DNA of 62,592 bases, the filler included, from Choristocarpus tenellus KU-1152 (Eukaryota; Protista; Phaeophyceae): the NCBI GenBank assembly GCA_964200185.2. It is 16 parts of 16 records of this genome, joined end to end, with 100 filler letters (N's around TTAATTAATTAA, not from the genome) between each part and the next. Parts side by side here need not be neighbours in the genome. Positions count along the whole stretch, not along the records: positions 59,915 to 62,592 come from CAXNAD020025722.1; 15 more parts are not named here. One strand, 5' to 3'. Within the stretch, counting starts at the first letter, position 1; each line of letters opens with the position of its first letter. Under the pieces are notes generated by a model, which saw only the letters and a list, made by a program, of their open reading frames with translations, ran no database searches and was not told the origin of the DNA. Positions 60,160-62,592 of the stretch are shown piece by piece. Made by a program: the position numbers and the translations under genes.

Positions 60160-62294
60160 GAGCACAAGCGGCAGATGAGGGAGTTGGAGGAGGAGGAAAG
60201 GCAAAAGAGGCGGCAGGAGGTGGTTCGCCTAAGGGAAATGAAGAAGAGAGAGGAGCAGCTCAAGAGGGAGAAGGATGAGGCAGAGAGGAGGTAAGATGTA
60301 GACCAAACAGAAATATTTTTGCATACATACAAACATACATACATACATCTATATATATATCCCATGCTGAGCCTGAACCCCAAACCATGCCTGCTTACGA
60401 CTGTTTAATCCTATTGACTTTTCCAGGATGAAAAGGGAAGAGAGGGAAGAGGAGTTGGCCAGGTTGAGGCATGAGAAGCTGGAGGCCAGGCAACGGTAAA
60501 CACTTATGTACCTGTTGGTATGGTTCACTTCAATTCAAATAGTTTTTTTTAATCCTTTTTGAACATTTTTTTTTGTGTTGGGAAGTGAAGTATCCCAGAC
60601 AACTTATCTCTCGTTACTGCAATGCTTTCATAAACGAACATATATGTGTGTGTGTGTGTGAGTTTATAATTTTTTGCAGGCGTTACTTACTTTTCGTTTA
60701 GGTATACCAGAATACATGGTTCAAACTGCGACTTACTGTGTTTATTGTATGAAAAAATACAATCATTTTATTTGTATGAAAAGTGTAAACACTTTATTTC
60801 ATGAAAGGTAACAATATTTTATTATGTGAAGAAGGAAGCGGTCAAAACAAAAACAAAAAGTCAAGTAGTACATAGGTTTGCCTCAATAATTTTTTTTAAC
60901 ATTATTTTTCTGTTTTTTGTCCAATTACAACACCAGGGATTCGTAGTGTATACCCATTTTTTTACATGAATAGGGCTTAGGGTTAGGTCTGACCCTTACT
61001 CTAAGTTTGCCATGAGTGAAGACGCCGGACTCCAACTGACTTCAACATAAAGTCATCTGGTGGAAGAACAGTACCTGTTTTTGACCCTCCTCCTGACCCT
61101 ATTCCAAACTTCAACCCTAATCCTAATACTGTAGAAATGAGGCCCTGAGGCTAAAGTCCAAGGTCAAGTCCATGACAAAGATGGAGATGCTGGAGATGAT
61201 GCGCTTGAAGCGCCAGGGGATGGGCGTTGGCAAGGGTGAGTGAGGGGAGACGGTCGTGTGAGGTTTAACAGACCCGTATGTATGTACTACAGACATAGGT
61301 ATATTACTGTAACTCTATGCAGACGTGTGAAGAGGTATACCTTTTTTGTAGGGGCTTCCACAGGATCCACTAGGAGCTAACCTGTCTAAGAGCACTGAAA
61401 ACCTGGGTAGCAATAGTCTGGGCAGTTTTTTTATTCTCATGAGTTAAGGTTCTGTTGTTGTGCATCTCTCCAAGAAAGTAGAGGGTAAACGTTGGCTCTT
61501 GTGTGGATTGGGGCTACCAATGAGTTTTGAAAATCTCCCACTGTATCTGCCCCAAATTGGTGAAATTGATTGGATGGTATGGGTGTACAGTGTTGATTGT
61601 TGTCAATGTAAGGTATACCCTAAATAGTGTGAACAGTTTCTTGCGCAGTATCACGGTACAACCGGCTCTATTTCTTCTCCTGATACTGTGTAGAAAGTTG
61701 AGAAACATACTTCATCGTCATCACAATCAATGCCCTTTATTGTGCATAACAGAGTCCAATGGTACTGGGAGGCTGTACAACAGTACGTGCATATTTAATG
61801 GGGGTCAAATGCTGACAAGGGCCCGAGCTAAGCATTGCTCTCCCTTCCTCTTTCCTCCCCCTCCTACCAGTGTGTGGGGGGGAGGACTGACTGGGATAGT
61901 AGTATTTGTCAATCTGTTTGCGGTCATGAAATGTTTTGTGTCCTAAGGGGAGTTTTACCTCGATTCTTATTTAGCGCCAGTATGCAATTTATGAGGTGTT
62001 GGGTGGTAGGTTTTGCAGATTTTTCAGGCTCCTCTTCCCCCATCCTTGAATTCCTTGGATCAAAGCAACCACTACTTACTATTCATAGGTCAATGTGCCT
62101 TACAGTGATCCCTGATGGTTTTTGCGTTGTCTACCAACCCACCTTAATCCTACCACCCTACCTACTCCTCATGCATTGCATTTTAACTGTTTGGCCTCCC
62201 TGTTTGTTCAACTCAACTTACAGGTGGTCGGACACCTCATCAACCGGGCATGGGGTCGGTTGCTGAGGAGATTGAGGGCTCAAGCTTTGTAGGG
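60160..62294 (+). CDS. Four internal exons of a charged coiled-coil protein, function unknown
   Basis: Phase-consistent GT-AG exons 60160-60290, 60427-60495, 61135-61235 and 62224-62294; E/R/K-rich. Confidence 0.8.
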
Positions 62295-62592
62295 GTGAGA
62301 GCACCTTAGGGGGAGAGGATGAAGGACATGATTTACTGGTGGGGAGTTGGATGGATTGTGAAACCGTTCGTAGGTAATAGTGTGGATAGGTTATTGAATT
62401 GACCAGTGGATGGATGGATGGATGGATGAAATGTTGGCCTCACGTGTGGAGGATTTTTGTGACCTAAACGTGTACAGTGTCTCCAAATTATGCTTATTAT
62501 GCTTTGATCTTGGTTGGATTCTGTGTGGGCTATGAAACGACTCTCCCTTCCTTCCACCTGGATAATTCATGGGGTTTTTTTTTACAACCCCC

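Overview
Eukaryotic nuclear DNA, not prokaryotic. The window joins 16 short draft-assembly contigs with an artificial 100-nt spacer (N44-TTAATTAATTAA-N44, 15 copies), so adjacency only has meaning within a contig. Long GT-AG introns, bipartite signal-peptide plus Phe plastid presequences and scattered TTAGGG tracts suggest a photosynthetic stramenopile, probably a brown alga or close relative (inference). Host genes reconstructed by splicing: a USP-family deubiquitinase (3 exons), plastid TatA/B head-to-head with a plastid nucleotide transporter (NTT), a peroxisomal MaoC-type hydratase ending in SRL, a convergent exon ending in SKL, a BRAP2/IMP-like zf-UBP ligase, two or three unknown multi-exon genes, and a complete 4-exon 102-aa gene, missed by the ORF track, that resembles animal CPI-17/PPP1R14 PP1 inhibitors. 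Mobile DNA: decayed Ty3/Gypsy pol, Ty1/Copia RNase H, a CRE-like non-LTR retrotransposon, a pogo/CENP-B relic, and three MITE families with GRG..AAAGTA termini (one with verified 4-bp TSDs, Sola-like). There are also two copies of an intron-containing Sola-like transposase. One sits head-to-head with a ParB/Srx-domain gene; the other lies downstream of a PHD-like zinc finger plus degenerate amino-methyltransferase-like gene. The best leads are this candidate cargo-carrying DNA transposon and the CPI-17-like gene. All family assignments come from motif recognition by eye; no database searches were run.
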